This document shows positions 47,350 through 56,618 of a stretch of DNA of 64,000 bases, piece by piece. Within the stretch, counting starts at the first letter, position 1, and every line of letters starts with the position of its first letter. This DNA comes from an uncultured virus (IMG/VR IMGVR_UViG_3300022868_000018) (Duplodnaviria > Heunggongvirae > Uroviricota > Caudoviricetes): IMG/VR virus record IMGVR_UViG_3300022868_000018. The stretch is one strand, 5' to 3'. A model generated the notes under the pieces. That model made no database searches. It was not told the DNA's origin and saw nothing but the letters and a program-made list of their open reading frames with translations. The position numbers and the translations under genes were made by a program.

Positions 47350-48051
47350 GTGGACTATACCGTAGTTGTGGACTCGGACGGCCAGACGCTCACGCAGGAT
47401 ACAGCCGGCGGCGTAGTGATCAGGTGTACAGACGCGGCGGGCAATTCATTCTGGCGCCCGGTCGCGGAGGTGCGCGGCGGGCCGGAGGAGGCGCAGGCGG
47501 ACCTGGGCATAGAGTTGGGGCCGGTCGCGGTCGCGCCACAAGCCGCTGAGGCGGTCGCCGACACACCGGCAAGGCAACCGGCCACACCGGAGGCGGCGGA
47601 GGCTGAGACAGACGCTCAGGCGCGGTCGCGGCGGGCGGAGGTGCGCACGCAGATAGCGGCGGCTAATGAGTACCGCCGGCAGGCGACCTGGGCGAGGGAG
47701 GAGGCCGCGCGTACAGCGGAGGAGGAGGAGGCCGCAGAGGAGGGCGAGCAGGCGGAGGAGGAGGGCGAGGGTACCCCTGGCGACTTCTGGACTTCCACCG
47801 CCGGCACCTGGGCCGGGTGTGCAGTTTGGTTCTGGGGTCCGCCGGTACTGTTTTTTCCTCTTCGGGCGCTATGCTGGCATTTCGGCTGGGAAGCGGGCGC
47901 TATCGGGGTGTCGATTTTGTGCGGGCTGGCCTTCTGGGTTGGCTATATCTGGTTCCTGGGTTGGCAGGACAGAGAGAGGTCGCGGCGGGAGCTACGGGCG
48001 CGGCTCGACGCGGCGGCAGGCGTACAGCAGGGAGGAGGTGTGGAGGCATGA
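47350..48051 (+). CDS. Membrane protein with two TM helices
   Basis: Two Trp-rich hydrophobic segments after an acidic linker. Confidence 0.65.
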   Translation: MDYTVVVDSDGQTLTQDTAGGVVIRCTDAAGNSFWRPVAEVRGGPEEAQADLGIELGPVAVAPQAAEAVADTPARQPATPEAAEAETDAQARSRRAEVRTQIAAANEYRRQATWAREEAARTAEEEEAAEEGEQAEEEGEGTPGDFWTSTAGTWAGCAVWFWGPPVLFFPLRALCWHFGWEAGAIGVSILCGLAFWVGYIWFLGWQDRERSRRELRARLDAAAGVQQGGGVEA

Positions 48052-48141
48052 AGTAGTATCTGCCAGCAGTGTAGGGGGCCCTTGCGGGGACCCCCTGCAG
48101 TGCCGACAGGTGGCACCAATACGGACAGGGAGGCGAGCATT

Positions 48142-48306
48142 ATGAGACTGAGCGACGCGTGGGCTTATCACTACGATGGCGAGCACTACTGCCTCAAGTG
48201 TATCGGCCGGGTCATAGACTCGATGACGACGGAGGGCGAGGTCGAGGAGGACCGCGCACCGGCGGAGGTGGACATCAAGTGCAGCAGGTGCGGGCGGACC
48301 TGGTAG
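48142..48306 (+). CDS. Small zinc-finger protein
   Basis: Leader motif; YCLKC...CSRCG. Confidence 0.55.
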   Translation: MRLSDAWAYHYDGEHYCLKCIGRVIDSMTTEGEVEEDRAPAEVDIKCSRCGRTW

Positions 48307-48404
48307 CAGGCAGGGGGGCCAGCAGGCCGCTGGGGGCGCGGCGGGGGCAAAGGTGGGGCGTCACCCCTATTAGGCAGGCGCAGGGCGTAGACAGGCGCGG
48401 GGCT

Positions 48405-48616
48405 ATACCCCCTACCCCCAGGGGGTACCCCCCTAGCACGGGCGTTCGACGCACGGGCGTTCGAGGGGCAGCGGTCGAACCGCCGTTCGAGCCGCCCGCC
48501 GCCCGCCGCATGTGGGCGCATGTACGGGTGCACCTACACACCAGAGAATACCGGGTCCGAATGAGTCGTGTCCGAATGAGTACCGAATGAGAAAACAGGG
48601 AGGCGTACCGAATGAG
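48405..48616. repeat. Repeat cluster upstream of the parB-like gene
   Basis: GGGGGTACCCCC palindrome, GCACGGGCGTTCGA x2, CCGAATGAG x4. Confidence 0.7.
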
Positions 48617-49565
48617 TCAACTACTGACCATCCCCATCGAGCAGTTGGTGCCGAGGGAAGACCAGCCGCGACAGCACTTCGACGAGGACAAGACGGAGGC
48701 CCTCGCCCAGTCCATGCGTGAGCAGGGATTCATCGGACAGATTACGGTGCGGCCAGTGCCCGGCAACGGTCACTATGAGATACTGGCGGGGCACCGGCGG
48801 CGGAAGGCGGCGTTGCTTGCGGGTATCACGGAGATTCCGGCGGTCGTGGAGGACCTAGACGATCAGGCAGCGAGGGAATACGTCCTACTCGACAATTTGA
48901 ATAGGGAGGACTTCCTGCCCTGGGAGGAGGGGGCCGGTTTCGCGGAGTTGGTCGCCTGCGGCATATCGGTGGAGCAGGTAGCGTCGAAGGCGGGCATGGC
49001 GGCGGCGACTGTGCAGAGCCGGATCGCGATACATGAGACGGCGGGGCAGGCGGCGCGGCAGGCGTTTATCCGGGAGGACTTCGGCGTGCTGATCCTCGAC
49101 CTTGTTTCCGAATTGCCAGACCGTGACCTGGCACCTGTGCGGTGTCCGCAGTGTGGGCTCATTCACAGGGAGGGCGTGCAGACCTGTGTGGGCTGTCGAC
49201 TCGACTTGCGCGGGGAGCCGGTCATCCCGTGTGGGAATCCGCAGGCGGCGGCAGTGAAGCTGTGCCGGGGCCGGCTGTTGGCATCGGCAAAGGAGATCGT
49301 CCAGCAGGTGCAGGAGTCATACGGTCTGGCGGATGTCCCGGTACAGACAAGCCTGGGCTTCGATGACGTGCAGATAAGCGAGGAGGCCGTGAAGGTCAAG
49401 TCCGAGTTCGAGCGCAGGCTGGGTGACCTGAGCAAGTTTGAGGCCTGGGCAAGCAAGAACGCGGGGTTACTGGCGGAGTACAGCGGTAGCACACGGGCCG
49501 CGATAGGCGCGCAGTGTGCAGCAGGCGAAAACATCCTGAGACGGGTAAGGGAGGCGGTAGCATGA
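48612..49565 (+). CDS. parB: ParB/Spo0J-family protein with zinc-ribbon insert
   Basis: DQPRQHFD...LAQSMREQG...YEILAGHRRRKA...DNLNRED; CPQC/CVGC. Confidence 0.88.
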   Translation: MSQLLTIPIEQLVPREDQPRQHFDEDKTEALAQSMREQGFIGQITVRPVPGNGHYEILAGHRRRKAALLAGITEIPAVVEDLDDQAAREYVLLDNLNREDFLPWEEGAGFAELVACGISVEQVASKAGMAAATVQSRIAIHETAGQAARQAFIREDFGVLILDLVSELPDRDLAPVRCPQCGLIHREGVQTCVGCRLDLRGEPVIPCGNPQAAAVKLCRGRLLASAKEIVQQVQESYGLADVPVQTSLGFDDVQISEEAVKVKSEFERRLGDLSKFEAWASKNAGLLAEYSGSTRAAIGAQCAAGENILRRVREAVA

Positions 49566-49882
49566 CCACAGCACGGAAGAGGGCGAAGCTCGCCGGCATG
49601 ATAGCACGCCTGGACTACCGCGACCGGGAGCAGTTTGAGCGGGCGCGGCGCAACTGCAAGCCGGACCTCGACCATGACCTGTTTGTGGCGAGCCTGCACC
49701 TACCAATCGGTGGGGGCGGTCCGAATGTGCGGGCGACACAGTACCGAATAGGCGAGGCAGTAGACAGCGAGCACGCGGGGCAGTTGACGCTCTGCGAGAA
49801 CGAAAAGGAGGTTCGGAGGGTGTCGGCGACTACGAGCACACAATCGGCTACCAGGTCAGCAACGGCGACCTGCGGGCAATAG
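49562..49882 (+). CDS. Hypothetical protein
   Basis: Overlaps parB stop; GGGAGG SD. Confidence 0.5.
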   Translation: MTTARKRAKLAGMIARLDYRDREQFERARRNCKPDLDHDLFVASLHLPIGGGGPNVRATQYRIGEAVDSEHAGQLTLCENEKEVRRVSATTSTQSATRSATATCGQ

Positions 49883-49976
49883 ATGCAGCAGCGTTAGTCA
49901 CCTGAGGCCCGGCTTCTGCGCCTTCGCGGGCGTAGAGGCAGGCCCTCCAACGAGGGTACTATGAGACAGGGAGGCA

Positions 49977-50276
49977 GTGATCGTGTATCTAGTACAGGAC
50001 ACAGCCAACGCTCATTTCCACGTTCCAGAATACTGTTGGCGTGACGTTAGTACGCATCGCGTATTGCGTCAGGCAGTTGCGTCAGCGCGGCGTGCGTTGA
50101 TAGATACCGGCGGCACAGGACGGGCCAACAACGTGCAGATACTGCGCGACGGGGAACTGTTGTCCGACGCCGAGGAGCGGGAGGCGCACCTGATGGCGGA
50201 GTGTGAGCGATGCCAGTGCAAGTTGCCTGCATCGCGCATCGCACGTGATCAACTATGCGCTGAGTGTAGCAGGTGA
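49977..50276 (+). CDS. Hypothetical protein with C-terminal zinc finger
   Basis: Leader motif; CERC...CAEC. Confidence 0.55.
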   Translation: MIVYLVQDTANAHFHVPEYCWRDVSTHRVLRQAVASARRALIDTGGTGRANNVQILRDGELLSDAEEREAHLMAECERCQCKLPASRIARDQLCAECSR

Positions 50277-50321
50277 CAGGCAGAGTAGTATCGGACATAT
50301 CACAGACAGGGAGGCAGTACG

Positions 50322-50612
50322 ATGGATGTCAAGCAGATCGCGGTACAGCAGGTAACGTTCATGCGGTGGTACAAGGATTTCGGGGAGGATGGCGCGCCTT
50401 TGCTGCAGGTGAACTACAATCACCCGACTGGCCACACGGTGAAGATTGACCTGGCCGTGGAGCATGACGAAGTGACAGCGGCGCTGGTGGAGAGCATCGC
50501 CGTGCTGAATGGGCTGGTGGCAGTGGATGGGGGATCGCGCGTGTGGGGCGAGTGGCATACCGGGCCGGACACGTTCAAGTTGCAAGGCTGGGAAGATATA
50601 GCGGTACAGTGA
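50322..50612 (+). CDS. Hypothetical protein
   Basis: GACAGGGAGGCAGT leader. Confidence 0.65.
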   Translation: MDVKQIAVQQVTFMRWYKDFGEDGAPLLQVNYNHPTGHTVKIDLAVEHDEVTAALVESIAVLNGLVAVDGGSRVWGEWHTGPDTFKLQGWEDIAVQ

Positions 50613-50776
50613 CGTATCCGAGGGGCGCGGCTCTAACGCGCGGGAGGCGGGACGATGACCATCGACTGGACGCTCGTTGAGCTCGTGCTGTACCTCATCG
50701 CCGTGGCGCTGTTCGGCGTCGTGGTGTTGATTGACGACCGGGAGCAGTACACTGAGGACGGAGAGGGCGATTCCGA

Positions 50777-50836
50777 ATGACTATGGGAGACCGGATCAAA
50801 GCAGCGCGGCTGGCCGCCGGAATGTCGCAGGCTGCT
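50777..50836 (+). pseudogene. Truncated Cro/CI (XRE) HTH remnant
   Basis: MGDRIKAARLAAGMSQAA, after which HTH similarity ends. Confidence 0.5.
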
Positions 50837-50983
50837 GGAACTCGCACGTCCGAGGGGCGTGGTCGCGGCCACCGAAGAGGAGTGCGATGCCGAATGAACA
50901 GCCTCATGGACGCGATAGTGGACGCGCTGACAGAAGTGCTGATGCAACTGCTCGGACTCGACACTGGAAAGAAAGGGCGATGA

Positions 50984-51277
50984 ATGATGACCGTACAAGA
51001 CGAAGTGCGGAGATTGCGCTTGGGCATTCTGAATGCGGATATGAGAACAAAACTGACTAACCCGCTCATCTATGCTCACCTAACTGAGTTCGTATTCGGT
51101 AACAGGAAGGGCGAGTGGTTGACGGTGGCACTACTCAGCAATCGGGTACTGCAGATAACCAGGGATGGCGTAACTACAACTGAACCGCCCTATGGTTCTG
51201 CCGCCGAGATGCTGGATGCAGCAAGCCACAAAGTTGCGCTCTGGCTGCGAAGTGGAGAGGAGGCCCCCGATGCCTAA
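50984..51277 (+). CDS. Hypothetical protein
   Basis: Overlaps recombinase start. Confidence 0.55.
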   Translation: MMTVQDEVRRLRLGILNADMRTKLTNPLIYAHLTEFVFGNRKGEWLTVALLSNRVLQITRDGVTTTEPPYGSAAEMLDAASHKVALWLRSGEEAPDA

Positions 51278-51947
51278 CCGACTACCCCGCGTCGTCACGC
51301 GGGAACAAGCAGCGGCGATGCTGGCAATCCCCAGCATCAAAAGCCCCACCGGCCTCCGCCAGCGCGTCGTCCTTGAAGTGCTCTACCGCGCAGGCCTCCG
51401 GGCAGCCGAAGTCACAGGCTTGAAAGCGGAGGATGTTCACATCAAAGAACTGCGGCTCGACATCAGGGGCAGCAAGCGGGCGCAGTCAAGGGCGGTACCC
51501 ATCGGGGCAGAACTCGCCGGTTGGTTGCAGTCCTGGGCGCTGATGCGCCCGCAGAAGTCGGAGTGGTTCTTCTCCGCATTCCGAAGCAAGGGCGGTGGGG
51601 GGCCAGGCAACCGGCTTCAGGAGAGTTGGCTGAGGCGAATGGTCGGTGGGATCGCGCAACAGGCAGGCATCGACCCGCTGCTTGTGTCGCCGCACGTCTT
51701 TCGGCACACCTACGCCACGGAGTTGCTGGAAGACGGGTTCACCATCTCCGAAATCCAGTTGCTGCTCGGGCATAGCAGCATCCGCACGACGGCCATCTAC
51801 CTGCACGTGAAGCTCAGTGAACTCGCGGAGAAGGTGGCGGCAAGGGACGCGGAGAGAGACGTGCTGGCCGAGGACGTGGCGGCGACGCTGAAAGGTCTCG
51901 ACCGTGATCAGTTGCAGGGCTTGAAGGAGGTCCTTGGCACTATCTGA
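51270..51947 (+). CDS. Tyrosine recombinase, catalytic domain only
   Basis: RLPRVVT, YRAGLRAAE, GSK, PHVFRHTYAT, LLGHSS, TTAIY. Confidence 0.92.
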   Translation: MPNRLPRVVTREQAAAMLAIPSIKSPTGLRQRVVLEVLYRAGLRAAEVTGLKAEDVHIKELRLDIRGSKRAQSRAVPIGAELAGWLQSWALMRPQKSEWFFSAFRSKGGGGPGNRLQESWLRRMVGGIAQQAGIDPLLVSPHVFRHTYATELLEDGFTISEIQLLLGHSSIRTTAIYLHVKLSELAEKVAARDAERDVLAEDVAATLKGLDRDQLQGLKEVLGTI

Positions 51948-51997
51948 GCAGCAGGACATCAAACATCCGACGGGCGCGAAAACGCGGGAGGAATGAC

Positions 51998-52261
51998 ATG
52001 ACGGGAGCGTCTGAGGAAGCAGGACTGTTGGCTGGTATCAAGCGACGAGCGCACATTGCGACACTGATACCCAAGCCGGATGTGGTTGCCAAGCTGATGG
52101 CATTGCAGAACAAGCTCACCAACGATGCGATAAAGTGCGTCCCGCATAGAGGCACCCTCGAAACCTGGAAGGCTCTCTTGACGGGGAAGAGGATGGGGTG
52201 CTTGCTTGCCGCTGACTACGTGGATGAACTGATAGCGGAAATCGAAGAGGGTGAAGCGTGA
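51998..52261 (+). CDS. Hypothetical protein
   Basis: GGGAGGA SD. Confidence 0.55.
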   Translation: MTGASEEAGLLAGIKRRAHIATLIPKPDVVAKLMALQNKLTNDAIKCVPHRGTLETWKALLTGKRMGCLLAADYVDELIAEIEEGEA

Positions 52262-52415
52262 TGGGATACCCACAGGATAGACGCTGCCCCTGCAAGCAAT
52301 GGTCGTGGGGCAAGCAGCGGGCGGCAACCCATTCCGAGGGCTACCTATGCCCGCCCCACCACTTGCTGCAGACAGGCGGCACGGGAACCGAACCTGAGAA
52401 TAAACGGGAGGAAGC

Positions 52416-52724
52416 ATGATGGCAGCAAAGATGAGTGCGTTTGTTATCAGTGAGCCAGATGCCATTCGGCGAATCGCCAAAACACTGACACGCGACGAGG
52501 CTGAAATTGTTGCGCGTGCCCGCGCCAGCGGAATCGTTTCGTCGGGTGGGTTTTTCCCTAACTTTCCTGGCATAACCCAGGCCATCGCCGGAACACTATC
52601 ACACGTAGAGGCCGAATTCATTGCGGAATACCGCGTTGAGGATGCCGAATTCGTGTGCCGTGTACTTCACGCAAAGCAGCAAGCGGAGAAAGAATTGGCG
52701 GCGCTTGAAGATGATGGTGAGTAG
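52416..52724 (+). CDS. Hypothetical protein
   Basis: GGGAGGA SD. Confidence 0.6.
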   Translation: MMAAKMSAFVISEPDAIRRIAKTLTRDEAEIVARARASGIVSSGGFFPNFPGITQAIAGTLSHVEAEFIAEYRVEDAEFVCRVLHAKQQAEKELAALEDDGE

Positions 52725-52770
52725 TATGCGCAGGAATCAGACAGGTGCGAAGAGCGCGGGAGGAAACAAA

Positions 52771-52977
52771 ATGACCATATATGAGCTCAGGGACCTGGCA
52801 AACGTATTCGTAGCAAAGGACAACGAGGATATGGAGGTGAAGCTCGTTCTCTGCCAGACGCACAACAACCTAGAGTACGAGGTCGGCGAAGTTGGTCTGG
52901 ATGAGAATGGCAACTTGCGGCTTGAGACTGGTGACCAAATTGGCTATGCCGGTGCCGACATCGTTGAACCGTGGTAG
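52771..52977 (+). CDS. Small acidic phage protein
   Basis: MTIYELRDL...DMEV pattern; GGGAGGA SD. Confidence 0.6.
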   Translation: MTIYELRDLANVFVAKDNEDMEVKLVLCQTHNNLEYEVGEVGLDENGNLRLETGDQIGYAGADIVEPW

Positions 52978-52988
52978 GACACAGCACG

Positions 52989-53020
52989 AAGCCCTCGGTG
53001 TCAATGCCGAGGGCTTTTCT
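52989..53020 (+). terminator. Intrinsic terminator at the convergence of two gene blocks
   Basis: AAGCCCTCGGT-GTCAAT-GCCGAGGGCTTTTCT. Confidence 0.8.
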
Positions 53021-53038
53021 GTGCCTGCTCGCCGACTG

Positions 53039-53236
53039 TCACACTGCCGGCTCGTCTCCTTGCTTCCCAGGCGGGCGCAGTTTGATGGCCTCGGCCCAAA
53101 GCTCACGCGCTATCGCCGCCCCGTCTGGATCACCCTCCGCGATGTACGCATCATTGAGCGTCCACAGGGCCATCGTTGCGTTTGCCAGCGGGCAACCACA
53201 CTGTTCTTCACCCCGAATGAGTCTTTGTGGTCTCAT
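53039..53236 (-). CDS. Small hypothetical protein
   Basis: AGGAGG SD. Confidence 0.5.
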   Translation of the reverse strand: MRPQRLIRGEEQCGCPLANATMALWTLNDAYIAEGDPDGAAIARELWAEAIKLRPPGKQGDEPAV

Positions 53237-54419
53237 GTTTGCTGCCTCCTTTCGTCGCTGTGCTTCCCGCGAATACCCCCAGGCAGCAGGGAACGCCCTT
53301 CTCGGCGCAACGAGCTATGATGTAAGCTTTGGGTAAGCGTGTCCAGATTACGCACGGTGGCTCAGGTTCGGTCCAAGTGCCAAAACCGTCCAGCCAAGTA
53401 CCCCATACCGCTACCATGCCACTGTATGACGCGGCTCCGTATGCCATCTTCGTCACGCTGCGGAACAGAACATCGTGCCCATCGGTATCCTGTAGCGTCA
53501 CCGTCGGCGGTTCTTCCGTCTTCTCCGGCGGGCACGGGACGCCACTCTCTTCACCATCGCACAAGCACTCTATCCATTCGGCTCGCGGGTCCTTGGTCAT
53601 ACATTCCGTGCGCCGCGCCAGGCACTTGAAGAGCAACCCGCACTCAACACACTGCAGCGTTGTCCATTTCTCGCTGAAGTTCGTGCCATCGCCGAACCAC
53701 TTGCCATTCTGCAACTCGCCACACCGGGGGCAATAGACCTCGGGCAGGTCGTCGCGTGATGCTACTGCGCGGCGGGCATCATCCAGTGCTTCCCTCGATT
53801 TCTCGGGGAGGCCATCTTTCCCACAGCACGGGACGCCAGTGGCGGCGCAGGCAGCGAGGGCTTTCTCCACAGGAAGCAGGATGCCCCAACCATCAGCGTG
53901 AGACTTTTTGTGGCGTCCATGCCAGAAGCCACCCATATACCGCCCAGAGCCCCATACCTGGCAAAACGTACCGCCAAGAAAGTAGCGCGGCTCTATGTGA
54001 GTGATATGCGAAAACTCCATCGGACAGTCCTTTGCGAATGTCGGCAACATCACCACCGGCGGCTCCGCCCCCTCGCAACTCCAGGTCGGGCCGAAGGCAT
54101 TCTCATCACGGGCAAGCAGGGTGATTTCGGCGATAGATTCGGACACACCAACCCAGTCCTCATCCAAGCTATTGTATTTGCCAATGACGCGGACGCCACG
54201 GAGGACCTTAGCCAGAGACGTGATTGCGCTGAACACATAGGGTTGACCCAATGTCACACCGTGCAGCGTCACCGTCGGCGGCTTGTCCTCGGCCAGTTCC
54301 CGCTTCGTCCGCTCAAGCCAGACCGTCAGCCTGTTTGCCAGTTCATCATCCCCACTGCACGAAATCGCTGCCCTCGCCTTCCGAACATCCTCCATCAACT
54401 CGTCTCCCAACTTGCCCAT
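53208..54419 (-). CDS. Protein with three repeats of a small FlbD-like domain and a zinc ribbon
   Basis: PPTVTL/PPVVML/PPTVTL starts; GVPCC twice; CPRC/CVEC. Confidence 0.6.
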   Translation of the reverse strand: MGKLGDELMEDVRKARAAISCSGDDELANRLTVWLERTKRELAEDKPPTVTLHGVTLGQPYVFSAITSLAKVLRGVRVIGKYNSLDEDWVGVSESIAEITLLARDENAFGPTWSCEGAEPPVVMLPTFAKDCPMEFSHITHIEPRYFLGGTFCQVWGSGRYMGGFWHGRHKKSHADGWGILLPVEKALAACAATGVPCCGKDGLPEKSREALDDARRAVASRDDLPEVYCPRCGELQNGKWFGDGTNFSEKWTTLQCVECGLLFKCLARRTECMTKDPRAEWIECLCDGEESGVPCPPEKTEEPPTVTLQDTDGHDVLFRSVTKMAYGAASYSGMVAVWGTWLDGFGTWTEPEPPCVIWTRLPKAYIIARCAEKGVPCCLGVFAGSTATKGGSKHETTKTHSG

Positions 54420-54421
54420 CG

Positions 54422-55045
54422 TTACTCATCTCCCGTCTCTGTAGTTGGCGGCTGTTCAGTCGCCGCCTTTCGCCCTTTCGCCTTCTCGACCAACCCGCCC
54501 CACGCCGCAGCCATGTCCCGTACCGCCGTATCGCAGCGCGGGCAGACCTGCCCGTACACCATCGCCCCGCAGTACGAGGGCGGCTCCCCTATCACCTGCA
54601 CGATACCCTCACACCGCTGCCCTATCGACGCATACAGGCGCACCAACATCAGCCCCGCCTCCGCATACTCAACAGACTCGTAACGACCGCGGAACGCTGT
54701 GACCAGCGTGTGCATCAGCAATCCAAGCCCGAACTCCACGACCTCGCCCTGCCGCACCCGCAACTGGAGCGCGGCATAGTCCTGCGACGACTTCCAATAG
54801 CACGCATGACAGAGGCACGTCCAGCCATCGCCGTTCGCGCTCGGCACCTCAAACTGCCATAACTCCTGCTGGCATCGGCTGCAGTCGGTATTCCGCAGAG
54901 CGGTTATCGTGTTCTTGTAGGTCTCGAAATCCGCCGTCCCAGCGGCATAGGCATCGGTCACGTCGCGCATGATTACGCCCGTCTCCGACTGGTGGTCATC
55001 CTTGCGCTCTACGAGTACGCCGCTCAGGTCAAGCATCGGTATCAT
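54422..55045 (-). CDS. Zinc-finger hypothetical protein
   Basis: CSRC, CLCHAC, CPRC. Confidence 0.6.
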   Translation of the reverse strand: MIPMLDLSGVLVERKDDHQSETGVIMRDVTDAYAAGTADFETYKNTITALRNTDCSRCQQELWQFEVPSANGDGWTCLCHACYWKSSQDYAALQLRVRQGEVVEFGLGLLMHTLVTAFRGRYESVEYAEAGLMLVRLYASIGQRCEGIVQVIGEPPSYCGAMVYGQVCPRCDTAVRDMAAAWGGLVEKAKGRKAATEQPPTTETGDE

Positions 55046-55080
55046 CCCCTTCCATTTGGGACCTATATACCTGACGCAAC

Positions 55081-55806
55081 CTAAAGCCGTTCGTGTTTGT
55101 CGTACAAGTTGCGGAGATCTTCAGGGGCGATTCGGAATTTGGTACCGTGGTTGCGAAGGGCCTTGCTGTTAGGCCGTGCCTCGCGCACATCGAAGTCTAT
55201 AGCGATCCTACCGTCTGTCAGGGCCTCGGCGAATTCTGAAAGGTGAATGGTTTCATATAGGTCGGCCCGGTCAAAACGCACCCTCCGCTCACGCCTAACG
55301 CCTTGCACGACGACCAGACGACGGAGCTTGCCGCCAGCGATGTTCAGGAGTGTGTCATGCGACCAGATAGGCACAGGGCCATTACCATTGAGGGGCCGAA
55401 CGATGATATTGCCTGCATCATCAAAGACCTTGAACCTGTCGGATGTTCCCTTGATGGTATGCCGGAAGCTCAACCGCCCATTGTCGTCCAGCCAGCCATA
55501 CTTACTGACCATGTAGCGCATGACGCGGGTACCGTCGTCACACTCCTTGTGGAACATGGTAATCAGGTGGGTCTGAGGAGAACACCACTTGACCTCCCAG
55601 CCGATGCAGTCGGGTATGTCCTTACCACCAGCCGTCAGGCCCAGCATGTCTTCAAGGAAATTGCCTGGACCTCCTGTGCCATTGTAGCGTGGCACACCGG
55701 GCGTCATGTCCAGCCAACCTATCTCAAGCAGGTTGCGAAGACGAGCCACCATCTCCCTCTTCGTCGTTGGTGGTTCAAGGGGCGGCACGAACGGTTGTGT
55801 GGTCAT
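55081..55806 (-). CDS. MvaI/BcnI-family restriction endonuclease
   Basis: GGPGNFLEDMLG...PDCIGWEVK...ITMF...RNHGTKFRI. Confidence 0.85.
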   Translation of the reverse strand: MTTQPFVPPLEPPTTKREMVARLRNLLEIGWLDMTPGVPRYNGTGGPGNFLEDMLGLTAGGKDIPDCIGWEVKWCSPQTHLITMFHKECDDGTRVMRYMVSKYGWLDDNGRLSFRHTIKGTSDRFKVFDDAGNIIVRPLNGNGPVPIWSHDTLLNIAGGKLRRLVVVQGVRRERRVRFDRADLYETIHLSEFAEALTDGRIAIDFDVREARPNSKALRNHGTKFRIAPEDLRNLYDKHERL

Positions 55807-56618
55807 TCCCTGAGCAGTCCCTTCGCAGCAAGTATGCGTTCCTTGGCAAGCTTGCCGTAGTCTGCCGAAACATCAATGCCTACCCACTCGCGGCCCAGGC
55901 TTTCAGCGGCTATCGCCGTAGAGCCGGAACCCATGAACGGGTCAAGCACGATCTGCGCGTTAGTTGCCTTGATACACCTTGCCGCCAGTTCCACAGGGAA
56001 TGGGGCTGGATGGGGGTTGTTGCTCTCTTGGGGTATGTGCCATACGTCACCGATTGCGTTTGCCTTCCGGGCCAACTTGAATTCAGGTTTGCAGATGATG
56101 TAAATGACTTCGTAAGTCGGCAGGAAGTATCCGGGATTGAAGTTTATGCCGCCATCGCGCTGCCAAATGATGATTTGACGGACAGGGAACCCATCAACGA
56201 TGTCGTGGCGATCCTGCAAGAGACCTCCCTGGACGCGCCACTTATGGTTGTAGAAGATAGCTCCGTCTTCGCGCAGCAAGCGTATCATTGCGGTTAGGCA
56301 CTGGCGCTGCCAGGCCACATACTCCGCATGAGGCATGGTGTCGTCATGGTCGGTATAACCATTGATGAGGGCAGCATTCTTCCACTTTCCGCCGCGCCCG
56401 TCTTTCATGCCGTTGCCGGTGCTATTCTTCAGGTTGTACGGAGGGGACGTTACAATGAGATCAATAGAACCGGCAGGCATCCGGTCCATTAGTTCAACGG
56501 AATCGCCACAATGAACCTTGCCGATCCACTTCTCCATCAACCCGCGAGGAACGCGACTGACGGCGGCGGTGAGAAGATCATCCATGCCCATCGAAATGCG
56601 CGTGGCCCTCTCACTCAT
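55803..56618 (-). CDS. Beta-class N4-cytosine/N6-adenine DNA methyltransferase
   Basis: TSPPYN precedes HPAPFP and VLDPFMGSGST. Confidence 0.93.
   Translation of the reverse strand: MSERATRISMGMDDLLTAAVSRVPRGLMEKWIGKVHCGDSVELMDRMPAGSIDLIVTSPPYNLKNSTGNGMKDGRGGKWKNAALINGYTDHDDTMPHAEYVAWQRQCLTAMIRLLREDGAIFYNHKWRVQGGLLQDRHDIVDGFPVRQIIIWQRDGGINFNPGYFLPTYEVIYIICKPEFKLARKANAIGDVWHIPQESNNPHPAPFPVELAARCIKATNAQIVLDPFMGSGSTAIAAESLGREWVGIDVSADYGKLAKERILAAKGLLRE

Larger units (their letters stand above)
45272..50315 (+). repeat. Dispersed gene-leader repeat: GC hairpin plus (G)ACAGGGAGGC
   Basis: Motif at about 45312, 45774, 46112, 47092, 47335 (variant), 48124, 48595, 49965, 50305, each just before a start codon. 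Confidence 0.8.

Noticed and set aside
45272..50315. Leader repeats as a CRISPR array or true integron attC sites
   Set aside because: Spacing is gene-sized and irregular, no RYYYAAC/GTTRRRY boxes were seen, and the recombinase lacks the IntI-specific insertion
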